The notes under the pieces are model-generated. The model made no database searches. It saw only the letters and a list, made by a program, of their open reading frames with translations, and was not told where the DNA came from. This document shows positions 11,564-23,254 of a stretch of DNA of 64,000 nt, in pieces. The translations under genes and the position numbers were made by a program. Origin of the DNA: Pelagomonas calceolata (lineage: Eukaryota); assembly GCA_918797485.1 (NCBI GenBank), contig CAKKNE010000004.1, forward strand, positions 1,240,001-1,304,000, in the 5' to 3' direction. The first letter of the stretch is position 1; each line of letters begins with the position of its first letter.

Positions 11564-12754
11564 TTACGCAGCGATAGCCACGGCGTGCCGCCACCCGAAC
11601 ACCAGATCAGTCACCGCATTTTCTTCCCGGACCTCGCAACCACAAGATAAACCTGGTGATAAATCGGGCACATATGTAACACCGTCATCGCCCAGCAGCG
11701 CGACGGCGTCGACGCCGTTTTTGATGGACAACACGCGCACGCCCGGCGGCAGGCGCACTTGGCGAGGCGCGTGGACCATTTTTCTCGACCCTCTCTCGAG
11801 ACCCATGCAAAAGACTTGACCATCTTCATCTAGAGTGACACAATGGAACGACGAGCAGGCCACGGCCTTGTAGCGGTGGCCTGGTACTTGTTTAGGTGAC
11901 AGAGCGTCGCCGTACACGTCTGGTAAATCGCGTGACACAGTAGAAGGTTTTTTTGAACTACTATCTCTCATCTTCCCCCACACGAAGAGGCGGCCGTCCG
12001 TCGTCAGTGCCGCGCTATGATTTAAGCCGGCACCTACGCTGATACATTCTTCGTCCAACGACACGGGTGCCACGGCCGGCCGCGAGTTTCTCGTATCATC
12101 TCCGAGCTGGCCGGCATCATTTTTTCCCCAGCTCAGGACTCGGCCTTCCTCGGAGAGACAAAGGCCGTGGCGGAAGCCCAATGCTACGGTAGAGATGGGT
12201 ACTTGTGGTGAATCCCACTTGACTGGCGCCGGCTCCCGCACGACATCCGAATGGTCCCCCACGCCGCACTGGCCGAACTGGTTCGCGCCCATGGTTTCCA
12301 ACGATCCATTCCTTTTTATCAAGGCGGTGACGCCGGCGCCGCACGCCACCTTGAGACATTGATCGGTAATCGGCGTCGGCCTTAATCTCAGACTGTTGTC
12401 CCGATCTAATAATGATGCTGTGGCATTCACTAACCGAGCCAGCGGCGGCACGACGCGCTCGATATGAGATAATCGTAAGGCAGACTCGGGCGGTTCCAGG
12501 TAGCGACCCCAAACAACACAAACGCCGTCTTCCAGTACAGCCGCAGAATGAGCCCAGCCCGCGCCTATACTCTTCACTCTGACATAATTGTCGTTGTCAT
12601 CCAAGACAGCTTCCAGGGCATCTCTATTTTGCCAGTCGCCATGACCTAAACAGCCCAAGAAACCCGGGCCCTTGGACGCGAGGTGGGCCAGCGTCCTTCG
12701 GCTCCTTGCTACGCGGCGCAGCGAATGGCGCAGCATCGTCGATGAGTTATGCAA
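11564..12754 (-). CDS. RCC1-repeat protein (Arg-rich N-terminus suggests mitochondrial targeting)
   Basis: RCC1 repeats: IGAGWAHSAA, MGANQFGQCG, VALGFRHGL, WGKNDAGQLG, VGAGLNHSAA. Confidence 0.85.
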   Translation of the reverse strand: MHNSSTMLRHSLRRVARSRRTLAHLASKGPGFLGCLGHGDWQNRDALEAVLDDNDNYVRVKSIGAGWAHSAAVLEDGVCVVWGRYLEPPESALRLSHIERVVPPLARLVNATASLLDRDNSLRLRPTPITDQCLKVACGAGVTALIKRNGSLETMGANQFGQCGVGDHSDVVREPAPVKWDSPQVPISTVALGFRHGLCLSEEGRVLSWGKNDAGQLGDDTRNSRPAVAPVSLDEECISVGAGLNHSAALTTDGRLFVWGKMRDSSSKKPSTVSRDLPDVYGDALSPKQVPGHRYKAVACSSFHCVTLDEDGQVFCMGLERGSRKMVHAPRQVRLPPGVRVLSIKNGVDAVALLGDDGVTYVPDLSPGLSCGCEVREENAVTDLVFGWRHAVAIAA

Positions 12755-12954
12755 AGGTGCCGCGCCGATGGTGTCCGCGCGTCGACGGCGTCCGCGCTGG
12801 CTTGTGACTTGGAGCGCACGCTGTCGCCGCAGCGATGGTGAACTTGCAGCGATTGCACCGTATGGATGTCTTAATCGACGCAGAGCTTCTCTCGTGCAGC
12901 CTTATGATCTGTACGGCACGAGCCAAAATACTATGCGCCCCGCGGCATAATTTG

Positions 12955-12976
12955 CTAGCGGTCTGTAACACACTAG
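12955..12976 (+). promoter_or_regulatory. 22-bp CTAG-bounded upstream motif
   Basis: CTAGCGGTCTGTAACACACTAG in a divergent intergenic region. Confidence 0.65.
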
Positions 12977-13297
12977 GCATCCAGCAAGCAAGCGCCCCGG
13001 AGCCTTCCCCGGCGCCAGCGCTCTCCGGCCGCCCGGGCGCTCCCCGGCTACGCCTCGAGGCCGTGCGCGCCCCGAAACAACGCCGGAAAACATACTAGGA
13101 ACAGCGCGCTGTGTTCATTCATCTCCGCCGGCGCTGTGCTCCATAGACCGCGCAGCGACACCGCCGCGCATCCCAGCAGCCCCCCGAGGCGCCCCCGAGG
13201 CAGCCCCGAGCCACCACCAGCGGCGCACGCCACGCGCGGGCGCCCCAAGCGTGCCACGAGCAACAGGAGCAACAGCGCACGAGACGCGCCATAAAGC

Positions 13298-14871
13298 ATG
13301 CCCAAGAAGGGCAAGAAGGGCAAGAAGGCCGCCGCCGAGGAGGCCGCCCGCCTCGAGGCCGAGAAGGCCGCCGCCGAAGCCGAGGCGAAGCGCAAGTTCG
13401 AAGAAGAACTAAAAGCGCGCGAAGCCGCCTTGTTACTCCGCGAGGAACAGATCGCGAAGCGCGAGCAGGACGCCCAAGCTTTAGAAACTGATTTTAGATC
13501 CAAGCTGGAGGGTCTCGACGCCGAAGTAACCCTAAGAGCGAGGTCGGGCATCGCGGCCGCGGAAGCGAGAGAGGCGGCCACGGAGCGACGAGCCAAGATG
13601 CGCGAGGAAGAAGCGGCCCAGCGCGAAGCCGTGTTTCGGGAGGCCGAGACGACGATGGCGGTCCGGGAGGTCGAGGTCGCGGCTCGAGAAGCCGCGATGG
13701 GAGAAAACGTCATAGGCGGCGTCGCGGCGCGCCTCGACGCCATGCTCAGCGACCAGGCCATTTCCCGGGACCAGATGACGCAGCGCAAGAAGGAGATCGC
13801 GAAAGAAAGGGAGGCCCTCAAACTCCGCGAGCAGGCCTGGCGCGACGAGGTCCTCAAGATGGAGGCGACGCTGGCCCAGAAGGAGCGCGACGCGCGAGGC
13901 CGCGTCGAGCGCGAGGAGCGCAAGCTCATGCAGAAGGACTTTACGCTGAAAAGGCGATTGGCGCGACGGGTCAAGGAGGCTTCGGCGATCGTGCAGGCGC
14001 ACCGGGCGGAATGTGACGTGCGCGACCGCCGGTTACGGGTGAGGGAGGAGGAGATTCGGAGGCGGAACACGGACTTGGTGTATCTACTGCGAAGGGCGCG
14101 GAAGTACGAGGCCACGGCGAAGAGGTCGCAGCAGCGTCTGGACCCCGCGACGGTCGACGTCGACGACGCGCCCTGGGAACAGAGACCTCAAACAGCACCC
14201 TTGCGTCGCAGTGTGACGCCGGAGATCAACCCTGAATTAGATGATTTAGAATTGAGGGCCACTCAGGGTCTCGAGACCTACGGTGCTGACTCGGAGCAGA
14301 AAATGAACTTGAACTTGAACTGTGGTCGCGGCGATGGCGTCAACGCGACGTCACGTCACCGTGACGCCATCGGCGCGGCCGCGCGAGAGTCTACGCGTCT
14401 CGCGAGTGCACGGAGACAATTTCGTGACGGTGTCTGTTCCACGCAGGTGATGAGGTCCCGGACGCGAACGAGATCAAGTCGCCCACGAACTTGTACCGCC
14501 CGCCGACGAACCCCGCCGAGAAGTTCACGGACTTTAAGAAGCTGCCGGAGCCGTCCGTGCCCGCCGACGAATTTAGAGCGGTGCTCAAGCGCGTCCAGGG
14601 CATGGAGGACGAGCTCGCGCAGGAGTTACTCGGACATACCGGTGCCGATCCGGACGACGAGGCCGACGCCGTCGAGGCGGCGTTGAAAGACGTGCAAGCT
14701 GCCGAGAGGTTGGTCTTGGCGGCCGAAGGCTTGTCGGCGTCGCCTTCGAAGTCACGGCCGTATGCTGCCCGGAACTTAGATGCCGCCTTGGGCCCGGCGC
14801 CGGCGCCGTTCTCGTTGGACGACGACGGGCCCGTTGGCTTCGACCTGCCCGATTTTGCCGTGGAGGCCTAG
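13298..14871 (+). CDS. Coiled-coil hypothetical protein (MPKKGKKGKK N-terminus); intron 14283-14446
   Basis: Long E/R/A coiled coil. The splice LETYG|DEVPDAN joins the frame of ORF 14491..14871. Confidence 0.7.
14283..14446 (+). mobile_element. Repetitive intron, family B
   Basis: GTGCTGACTCGGAGCAGAAAATGAACTTGAACTTG ... GTTCCACGCAG. Confidence 0.8.
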
Positions 14872-15143
14872 AGGCGCTTACCCTTCCCTTTCCCCCCCTC
14901 GCATAAGGCGGGCGCCCCCCCCTGAGTCTTCTTCTGGTAGTCGTGGTTGCCTGAGGGCTGCTGCGTGTCCCCGTGGGAGCCTTCCGTGGGAGCTCGAGTG
15001 AGGCGTTCGTCGGCTGAGTACGTTCTTCCTAGTCGTTGCGTCCTGGGGCATTGAGGTCGCACCGAGGGCGCCGCGTCGACGGCGTGGGGGCGACGCAACG
15101 TAACACGGCGTGCGTCGACGACACGTCGTTGAAGCTTTGCTCG

Positions 15144-15165
15144 CTAGTGTCTTACGAGACGCTAG
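15144..15165 (-). promoter_or_regulatory. 22-bp CTAG-bounded upstream motif
   Basis: Reverse complement CTAGCGTCTCGTAAGACACTAG, ~150 bp upstream of the GT2 gene. Confidence 0.65.
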
Positions 15166-15316
15166 GTAGACCAGCTTTGCCAATAGGCCAAACGCACGCG
15201 AAAGCGCGTCGTTTGTCACGCATCGATTGTAAGGAGCTCCGCCGATACGACTGGACCGGCTACCGGCCGCTCCGAGCACCCGTGCGCACCGCTGGCGCTG
15301 AAACAAAAACGCTGCC

Positions 15317-16372
15317 ATGCGCACGCCCTGGGCCCTAGCGCTCCTCGTGGCCGCCGCGGCCGGCCGGAAGCGCAACCGCGAGCAGCGCGCCGACGCCGCG
15401 ACCGCCCGGAAGCGCGCCCGCACCCAACGAACAGAAGTGAGGGACTTCTACCGCAACGCCACGGCGCTGAGTCCAGTACAAACGGTAGCCGCCGTCGTCC
15501 TGAGCCACAACCACGAGGGCACGGTAAAACGCATCGCCGACGCGTTAAGTGAAGAGGTCGACTCCATCGTTATTGTAGAGGACGGCTCCACTGATAACTC
15601 ATACGAAGCGTGGCGTGCGGCACTACGATCGCACGCAAACGCGAAAATAATTCGGACCCCGGACGTCCACGAGATCCGAGCATATAACCGCGGCGCAGCT
15701 ATCGCGAACGCGGACGTCTACTGCTTCCTGCAGGACGACGACATTCCGAATGATCGTGGATGGGGTAAACGAGTGATGTCATTGTTCGACTCATTTAGAA
15801 AGCAGAGGCTGGCGGTGGTCTCGGGCCTGGCCACGGAAGTCTGTCAATCCGAGTGGGGCGAGGCACAAGTCGAACACCCGAAGGCCATGAAGAACCCGCG
15901 GGTCACGCGCAGGATTCCCTACGCTTATCGAGGCGTTCCCTTCGCGTTCGCCACGGAGGCGTGGCTCGCACCGTTATGTGTTAGAGCGGACGTTTGGGCT
16001 GACCTGGGAGGCTTCGACGAGAGTCTAGCTCTTAGTGGCGAGCCGGGCATTGGGCTGGATATTCACCTGTCGTTGCGAGCGGGCGTTCTGGGTTATGCGG
16101 TGGGCGTCTTCGGCGCGCTGTTTGAGCGAGGTGTTGGTGGTCATGGAACCGTGTCCTCACCAGAGAAAACAAAATTAAGATTAAGGAAGCGGGCCGAGAT
16201 CGGCGCGCGCATCCGGGCTGTCGCGGGGTGTCGGTGGCCGCCGGAGATGCTTGAGCGGGCGCGTTTGCTCAATGAGGAGCTGCTGGAGCGGCGGCCCGGC
16301 ACGGACGCGTTGCGGGAAGCTCGGGAGAAGTGCGCGCGCTTCAGGAAGCACCCGTGCCGGCGGCCCCCGTAG
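15317..16372 (+). CDS. Glycosyltransferase family 2 (GT-A fold) with signal peptide
   Basis: VVLSHN, IVIVEDGSTD, AYNRGA, CFLQDDD (DxD) and LGGFDE. Confidence 0.85.
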   Translation: MRTPWALALLVAAAAGRKRNREQRADAATARKRARTQRTEVRDFYRNATALSPVQTVAAVVLSHNHEGTVKRIADALSEEVDSIVIVEDGSTDNSYEAWRAALRSHANAKIIRTPDVHEIRAYNRGAAIANADVYCFLQDDDIPNDRGWGKRVMSLFDSFRKQRLAVVSGLATEVCQSEWGEAQVEHPKAMKNPRVTRRIPYAYRGVPFAFATEAWLAPLCVRADVWADLGGFDESLALSGEPGIGLDIHLSLRAGVLGYAVGVFGALFERGVGGHGTVSSPEKTKLRLRKRAEIGARIRAVAGCRWPPEMLERARLLNEELLERRPGTDALREAREKCARFRKHPCRRPP

Positions 16373-16482
16373 GCCGTCGAGCTGGCGTCGCGTCGATGGC
16401 GTGGAGGTCATGTTTGAGCTGCCCGACGCCGTCGACGCGGCGCGCAAATGTTGTGTGAGTCACATGTCATAAGGTTATACTT

Positions 16483-16962
16483 CTAGTAGGAGTTCTCATC
16501 TTCCAACGTCGCCTGGTTCGCGAACTCCGCCCTGGCAATGTCCTGGCACTTGGCGAGCATCTCCTCGTCGGGCTCCTCGCCGTTGGCCAGGACGGCGACG
16601 CACTCGTCGATGGGGTCGTCGGTCGACGCGAGGTGGTCGGCGCGCTTCGGCGACCTGTGTGCAAAACAACCAGTGAGATAGGTTGTCACGGCGACAAGCG
16701 TCGATGGCGTGGCATCGCCACGCCATCGCGCAGACGCAGCTACGGAAGCACGCCGCGTCGACGGCGTGGGGCGCCCGAAATTTGATTTCCACACGGCGCC
16801 GAACGCCATGAGCGCGACGAGGCCGTGCGCGACGACCTCGAAGCCCGCCGCCCGCTCTAGCGCGACGCCCGCGACCGCGGCGCTGCGCGTCGCAGGCGTG
16901 AACGCATTCGTAGTGCCAAGCGCGGCCGCTACCAGGAGGATCTGGGAGAGGCCTTTTTTCAT
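16483..16962 (-). CDS. Small protein with plastid-type bipartite presequence; intron 16655-16804
   Basis: MKKGLSQILLVAAALGTTNA-FTP resembles the ASAFAP motif. The splice gives LMA|SPKRADH. Confidence 0.65.
   Translation of the reverse strand: MKKGLSQILLVAAALGTTNAFTPATRSAAVAGVALERAAGFEVVAHGLVALMAFGAVWKSNFGRPTPSTRRASVAASARWRGDATPSTLVAVTTYLTGCFAHRSPKRADHLASTDDPIDECVAVLANGEEPDEEMLAKCQDIARAEFANQATLEDENSY
16655..16796. mobile_element. Introner element, TIR family (variant internal sequence), TSD decayed
   Basis: CTGTGTGCAAAACAA ... TTGATTTCCACACGG. The GT donor lies exactly 8 nt outside the TIR. Related to 35919-36083 in inverse orientation. Confidence 0.85.
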
Positions 16963-17462
16963 ATTTTGCAACTAATGCGGTTTCGCGTCTTGAAACGTTT
17001 CGTGCCGTGCGACGGTGCAGTGGGGATGTCTTGCAGCGCTGCTGCAGTTGCCGCGGCCTCCGCCCGCCGCGCTCAATGGGTCGGAGTCTTGGCTTGCATT
17101 CCTCCGGCGCCAGGTGGCCAAGCAAAAACGCCCCGAGGTGGCCCTTCGAAGCCGTCCAGGGGCACGCGGGGAGGCCCAATGAGGGAGAAGAAGGGTGGAA
17201 AAGGAGGGGGCTTAAAAACGGGTTTTTGCAGCCGCATAGTTTGATGAGCGTTTTAGCACACGCTCAGCGCCCTCTCGCACCTTGTGAGGAGCGATTGCGA
17301 CATCTTTTGTAGCCTAGATCGCAACGCCGAGAGATTTCACGCCGCGAGCGTCCAGCGGCTGCGTAACCAAGGCGCTCTCCGGCACGCGCACGCGCTCATA
17401 CGCCGACGCCGCAGCTATAAACAAACGCGTCTTCACCTGGGACGCCGCCACCGCAATAAACG

Positions 17463-17900
17463 ATGGCCGGCTCCAAGCGCCGCCGGAAACAGGTCGACGC
17501 CACCCCTCGTAAAGAAGGCCGCGTCTCGGCCCGCCTCCAGTCTTTATATTCGCCGACGGACCAGCCCCAAACACCCGTCGTCGACTTCGTGAGGGCCGGC
17601 ATACCCTTCAAAGCGAGGAAGTGGGTCAAGGCTTCGAAAAGAGTGGGAGGCGAGGGGCCCCAAGGTTTCTCAATACCGCGCTGGGCGCCCGTCGGCGACG
17701 TGACGCCGCAACTCCAGGCCGTGAAGAACCACCCGGCGCCGCGCCACAAGGGCCGGAAGAAGAGCCCGCGGGCGTCGCCGACTCCTGGGAGCGCGAGTGA
17801 GTCGAACAACGACGATAGTCAAGACGAGGACGCCGCCGCCGCCGCTGCGAAGGACGCCATGGCGTCGCCGCCGGCCCCGGCCATGGACGAGTCGGCGTAA
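17463..17900 (+). CDS. Small basic nuclear-type protein with RKW..W motif (BCL7/Ies4-like, tentative)
   Basis: NLS-like KRRRK and the segment KARKWVKASKRVG...FSIPRWAPV. Confidence 0.45.
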   Translation: MAGSKRRRKQVDATPRKEGRVSARLQSLYSPTDQPQTPVVDFVRAGIPFKARKWVKASKRVGGEGPQGFSIPRWAPVGDVTPQLQAVKNHPAPRHKGRKKSPRASPTPGSASESNNDDSQDEDAAAAAAKDAMASPPAPAMDESA

Positions 17901-18076
17901 TCATGATGTGTGTGTAATACCCGGGTGCCGCGTCGGCGGCGTGGGCGCGTTGGTTGGAGCTCCCAGCCGAACTATCGGTTCGTTCACAGAGTGCGCCGTC
18001 GCGGCGATGGCGTCTACCCCCCCAGCACGCCGTCGCCGCGACGCATCGACCGACGGACTACTACCGAAACCTATCC

Positions 18077-20463
18077 TTACGACTTCCACGTGAGCGCCAT
18101 CTCTCGATATTCGTCAAACGCCGACGCGTCGACGAGCGCTCCCACGTTCTTCGGCTCGACGCCTGAAATCAAATCTTTGACTGCCAACTCGACCTTCTTC
18201 CCGGAGCGAGTATAGGGAATTTTCTTGACCTGCTTCAGGAGCGCCGGCACGTGGGCGTCCGAAGCCCCTTCCTTGATCGTCCTCTTGATCTCCGTTTCTA
18301 ACTCTTTTGTGAGCTCGATGTCGTCTTTCGTTTTCACGAATAACACGATGCGCACGTCCCCAGCCCGTTTACCTGTTTTCAATTGATCTCCAATAACTAA
18401 AGAGTCCTCAACCAGGGGGTGCTCCTCGGCGAAGCGGTAGACCTCGGCCGTGCCTATTCTCACGCCTCCAGGCTTCAGCGTCGTGTCTGACCGGCCGTGG
18501 ACCACCACACCACCGGCAGACCCGACAGAGCCCGTAACCTCCACCAAGTCGCCGTGGTACCAGACGCCCGGCGCGCCGTCAAAATACGCGCCCCGGTACC
18601 GTGACTTGTTGTCGTCGTCGCCTGCGTGTGACCGATACCGTCGCGACACGCGGCGACGGCGTGAAGGGGACGCCGCGACCGCACCGTAGAAGCAGACCGG
18701 CGCCGGGACCATGGGAGTGGCGCAGACGAGCTCCGCCTTCTCGCCCACGACGAATTGCTCCGAATCTCGATCGAAGGCCCGGCCGTCCATGCCCAATCCA
18801 AACGCTTGCAATTCCCCGACCCTAACAGGTAAAGTAGGATTCCCGAGCGCGAAGCACGAGCAGATGTCCGTGCCTCCCGAGATTGATGCCAACATCACAT
18901 CTGATTTAACCTTGGCGTAGACGTAGCGGAAGTCCTCGTCCGTGAGTGGACTTCCGGTGGAGAACACGACTCGTAGTTTGCTCATGTCGTGCGACTCTTT
19001 CGGTGTGACACGCGCTCGACACGCTTGGAAGTATCGAGGAGAGGTGCCCAGATGCGTGACGCCTTCTGACTCAACCAAGGACCAGGGCGCGTCGAGCTTC
19101 GGGTAGGCCGCGAAGCCGTCGAAGCAGACAATAGAGGCCCCCGCAAAGAGCGACGACGCCATCCAGTTCCACATCATCCAGCCGCAGGTCCTGCGTCGCG
19201 GGTGCGCGTGAGTCTCGCGTCGGCGGCCTCCACGCCATCGACGCGACGCCAGGTGTGGTCTCTCACCGATCGATTCACAGAACGATACTCGGACGCCGGT
19301 AGATACGTGTAGAACAGCATCTTGTCCCCCTCCCTGAGATCGCCGTGCAAGACCAGCTCCTTGCCGTGCTGCAACAACGTGTTCCCGCAGCCGTGGGCGA
19401 TTGATTTGGGCATCCCCGTCGTGCCCGAACTATAAAGTACAAACTGCGGGTGGCTGAAGGGGACGCGCGTGAAGACGGGGTCCGCGTCGCCGCCGTCGAG
19501 GAAGGCCTCCCAGCCTATCACTTTGTCTCGTATCGATGCGGGCCACTCGGACGCGTCGAACTCTTTACCAGACGAGGAGATGACCACAACTCTTTCCACC
19601 GAAGGTAATGAATTGGCGAGCTCGGAGACCTTGTCGATGGTCGACGTGCTCTTGCCCATGCTGACGAAGCCTGCGTGTTTTAGGGTTCGATGGGGCCCGA
19701 TCTACGACGGCGTCGCGGTGGCGCCAGCACGCCATCGACGCGACCGCGCCCCGGCGTCGAACGAAGGGACGCCGACGCACGCACCGTCCGACGCAAAAAG
19801 TACCTTAGGACCGACCTGGCCGAAGCGGTCCGCGACGGCCCTCGCCCCAAAGTCCGGCGAACACGACGTCCACGTCGCGCCCGTCGCCGTGGCGCCGAGC
19901 ATGGCGACCACAGCCTCGCCCACATTCGCGATGTAGGCGCCGCAAGATTCCTTTTCATTGACTCCTAACTTCGACAACGCGCGCTGGACGCGGCCCGCGT
20001 CTCGCCTTAATTCAGCAAAGGTCCAGGCCTTGCGGCCCATGCCCTCGGAGACCGTGATCACCGCTTCTTCATTCGCCAATGGGCCTTTCCCGTGCCGCAG
20101 CAAATTCTCGGCGAAGTTCAGTTTTGAGGAAGGGAACCACTGCACGTCGGGCATCGTTTCTCCCTCTCTCGCTGGCGTATCGCTACCTTCTCTCTCAACG
20201 TCCAGGAAGTCCTGCAACTGCGTCCAGAACTGGTCCGGTTCACTCACGGACCAGTCCCAGAGCTGCTCGTAAGTGCCCTCAATGTTCATGGCCCGTTGGA
20301 AGCGGTCCATGGCCGTCGTCGTGACGTAGTCCGCGTTCGGCGTCCAGAGGACGTCCCTGGCTGTAGACGCTTGCAGCGGCGTCGTCGTGGCTCGTCGTCG
20401 TCGCACGGGCGCGACGAGGGCGCTCGCGCCGGCGGCAAGCAGCAGCCAGGCTGCTGGGGCCAT
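18077..20463 (-). CDS. AACS: Acetoacetyl-CoA synthetase (acetoacetate-CoA ligase) with plastid-type presequence; introns 19671-19784, 19191-19306, 18622-18684
   Basis: WFPSSKLNFAENLL, WTSCSPDFG, AMP-binding LYSSGTTGMPKSIAHG, FYTTCGWMMWNW, SISGGTD, GRSDTTLKPGGVRIGTAE and TRSGKKVE. All three splices restore the frame. Confidence 0.93.
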
Positions 20464-21200
20464 GGTGCTTGCAAGGCGTGCAGCGGTTGCAGCGCTTTGG
20501 CTCGCACAGCGCAAGTGTGACTAAAGCTGCGTATCAATGCCTGAAATGAGCTCTGCTGCAGCGATGTCGATCTGTAGCCGCTTTCACACGACGTCGAGGT
20601 GCAGCTTGTGAGACGATCAGCTAGTGTTTGAAAGCTCGCTCAAAGTCCAGACCTCCTCTTCTAGCGCTCTCGGAGGCGTCAACCGAACGGCGACGCGTCC
20701 GTTGCGGCGCCCTACGAGGTAGGGCTCTGGCTAGCACCACGTCTGCGCTTCGAGCCCAGGTTGGCAAATAACTGAGCAGCAACGCGCGTCAGGGTGAAGT
20801 AGCCGTGTCCGGAGTATCGAGGAAGATCGCAGCTCGCCGGGCCCCGGCTTGGACCACGCGTCGCGGGCGGTACGGCCGCTGCTGTCAGCTGACAGCTTAG
20901 GCTGGAATCCGCGGCCGTCGTTGTTCGCCGGCGCGGCGCGCGCTGGTGACGGCGCCGCCGGCCGTGCCGTGCGCGCCCACGGCCGGCGACAGCGGCTCCC
21001 CGGCCCGTGGGTCCGGCTGGCCACCCCCGCGGCCGTCGGAAGCGAGCTCGCCCGCGCGGCGGCCGGGAGCACACCCACACATACGAGAGAGGCACGCCGG
21101 CGGCGCGCGCCGCGCGAGGACACACACACGAGCGACGACCCTCACGCCGTCCGAACGCGCAGGTCATTCGAATCGCCTGACGTCGCCGCGCGTTTCGACG

Positions 21201-23046
21201 ATGCCGCTCCGCCGCCTGACCATGCCGAGCGCCATGCGCGTGCTCGGCCTGTTAGCGTCCGTGAGGGCACTCCAATTCACCCCCAAGGCGCGCCCTTCTT
21301 TAAGGGTTTTCTCGAGCGCCGAGACCGAATTAACGATCGACCCCATCGCCGTGACGACCGAAGGCGAATACTCCGCCAACGAGATGGCGCCCGACGTCGC
21401 GGTGGAAAAGGCCGAGCGCTTCCGCGCCATCAACGCGAAGGACATGGACAAGCTCGCCGACAAGTATCCTCGACTGAAAGACAAGGTCGTCGACATCAAA
21501 AGATCGGCCTTAATCTTCCCGTTCAAGGCCTCGCCGTACCTCGTCGACGAACTTATTGATTGGGACATGGCCGGTGCGTATCTCGGCGTTTTGAGGTGTA
21601 GAGGCGCCTTCACGCCATCGAGGCGACTCGTCTCCAGGAGAGGAGGTCGTGGCTGGTTTTATTTTCGATTCTGAGCCGTTTCGGACCGCGTCGGACCGCG
21701 ACTCGCGCAGGCGACATCGGCTTGGATCCGTTCTACAAGCTGGTCTTCCCGACGATGGACATGCTCACGCAGGAGCACCAGGACCTCCTCAACAACGCGT
21801 GCGACGCCGGCGACCCCAAAGAGATCAAGGCGACGGTCGAGATCATCCGGGAAGCGTTAAACCCGCACCCCGCGGGCCAGAAAACTCTGAACGCCCCGAA
21901 GAAGGCCGAACTCACGGGCGTGCAGCACAAGTACGCCGAGACGGTCCTCTTCTTCGCGGCCGCGGCGCAGACGTGCCACGCCTACTGCACGTACTGCTTT
22001 AGATGGGCCCAATTTATTGGAGACGCGGATTTGCGGTTCGCGCAAAAGGACGCGGACAGTCTCTTCGATTATTTGGAGGAGCACGAGGAGGTCTCGGACA
22101 TCCTCTTCACGGGCGGCGACCCCATGATCATGAAGACGAACATGTGCGACTCTGCGCGGAAATGATTTTCAAATGCCGTTTCACGCCGTCGACGCGACTC
22201 GCCTCCATCTCACAATGAAGTGGGTGGTCTCCGGTCCAAATTTGACACCGTACACAACGCAGGCTCAAGCAGTACCTCGAGCCCTTCAAGGACCCCGACC
22301 ACCTGCCCCACGTCAAGAACCTGAGGATTGGTACTAGGGCATTAACCTTCTGGCCGCAGCGCTTCACCACCGATCCGGACGCCGACAGTCTCATTGAGTT
22401 GTTGAGAGACGTCAAGGAGGTCGGCGGCCGCCACATCGCCATCATGAGCCACCTCAGTCACTACCGCGAACTCAGTACGAAGAAGGTCCAGGACGCCATT
22501 CACCGCTTGAAGCAGGAGGGCGGCGTCATCATCCGGTCGCAGTCGCCGGTCATGGCGGGCATCAACGACGATGCCAGAGTGTGGAACAAGAAGTGGAAGG
22601 AGGAGGTCCGGTTGGGCATCATCCCGTACTACATGTTTATTGCCAGAGACACGGGCGCGCAGGCGTATTTCAACGTACCGCTCGTGCGAGCCCAAAAGCT
22701 CTACTCGGAAGCCATCCGCTCCACGAGTGGACTGTGCCGAACGGCGCGCGGCCCGTCCATGTCGTGCACGCCGGGCAAGGTCGAGGTCGTCGGCGTCCAG
22801 GAGGTCCAGGGGACCGAGGCCTTCGTCCTGCGCTTCCTCCAGTGCCGCGACGACGAGTGGATCGGGAAGGTGTTTTTCGCGAAGTTCGACCCCAAAGCCA
22901 TCTGGTACGACGACCTCGAGCCGCTGCCGGGCATGTCGCTGCCCTGGGAGGAGGCGGGCCTGCCGAGACCTTGTGTGGATGAGCCCTGCCAGGTCGAGTG
23001 GATGGACGAGTTCCTCGAGCCGGTGTACCCGCTGGAGGTTGTTTAG
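21201..23046 (+). CDS. KamA-family radical-SAM/PLP 2,3-aminomutase with plastid-type presequence; introns 21574-21710, 22144-22262
   Basis: HKYAETVLFF, CxxxCxxC (CHAYCTYCFR), LFTGGDPM, LRIGTR, GINDD, IPYYMF and PGK (putative PLP lysine). Both splices restore the frame. Confidence 0.9.
21574..21710 (+). mobile_element. Repetitive intron, family C
   Basis: The first 25 nt, GTGCGTATCTCGGCGTTTTGAGGTG, are identical to intron 55518-55630; the GACTCGTCTCCAGGA..GTGG core is shared. Confidence 0.8.
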
Positions 23047-23254
23047 GCGTCGCGTTACGTGGTCGCCCCACCACCCCCTCTCGTAACGACCGATTCTATT
23101 GTAGTTGGTTTGTCTCATATCATCGCCGGCACTTCGGCGAGGCGTGGCGCGTCGATGGCGTCGAGCGAGTCCTTCCCGAGCGCTGGATGTGGGGCCGCGC
23201 CGACCCATACGCCGTCGACGCAATAGCTATGTCTATATTAAACCCCAGTCCTCC

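Noticed and set aside
20621..20642. Possible 12th copy of the 22-bp motif (CTAGTGTTTGAAAGCTCGCTCA) between AACS and KamA
   Set aside because: Only one CTAG end is present and the GTAA core is missing; too degenerate to call without a scored matrix.
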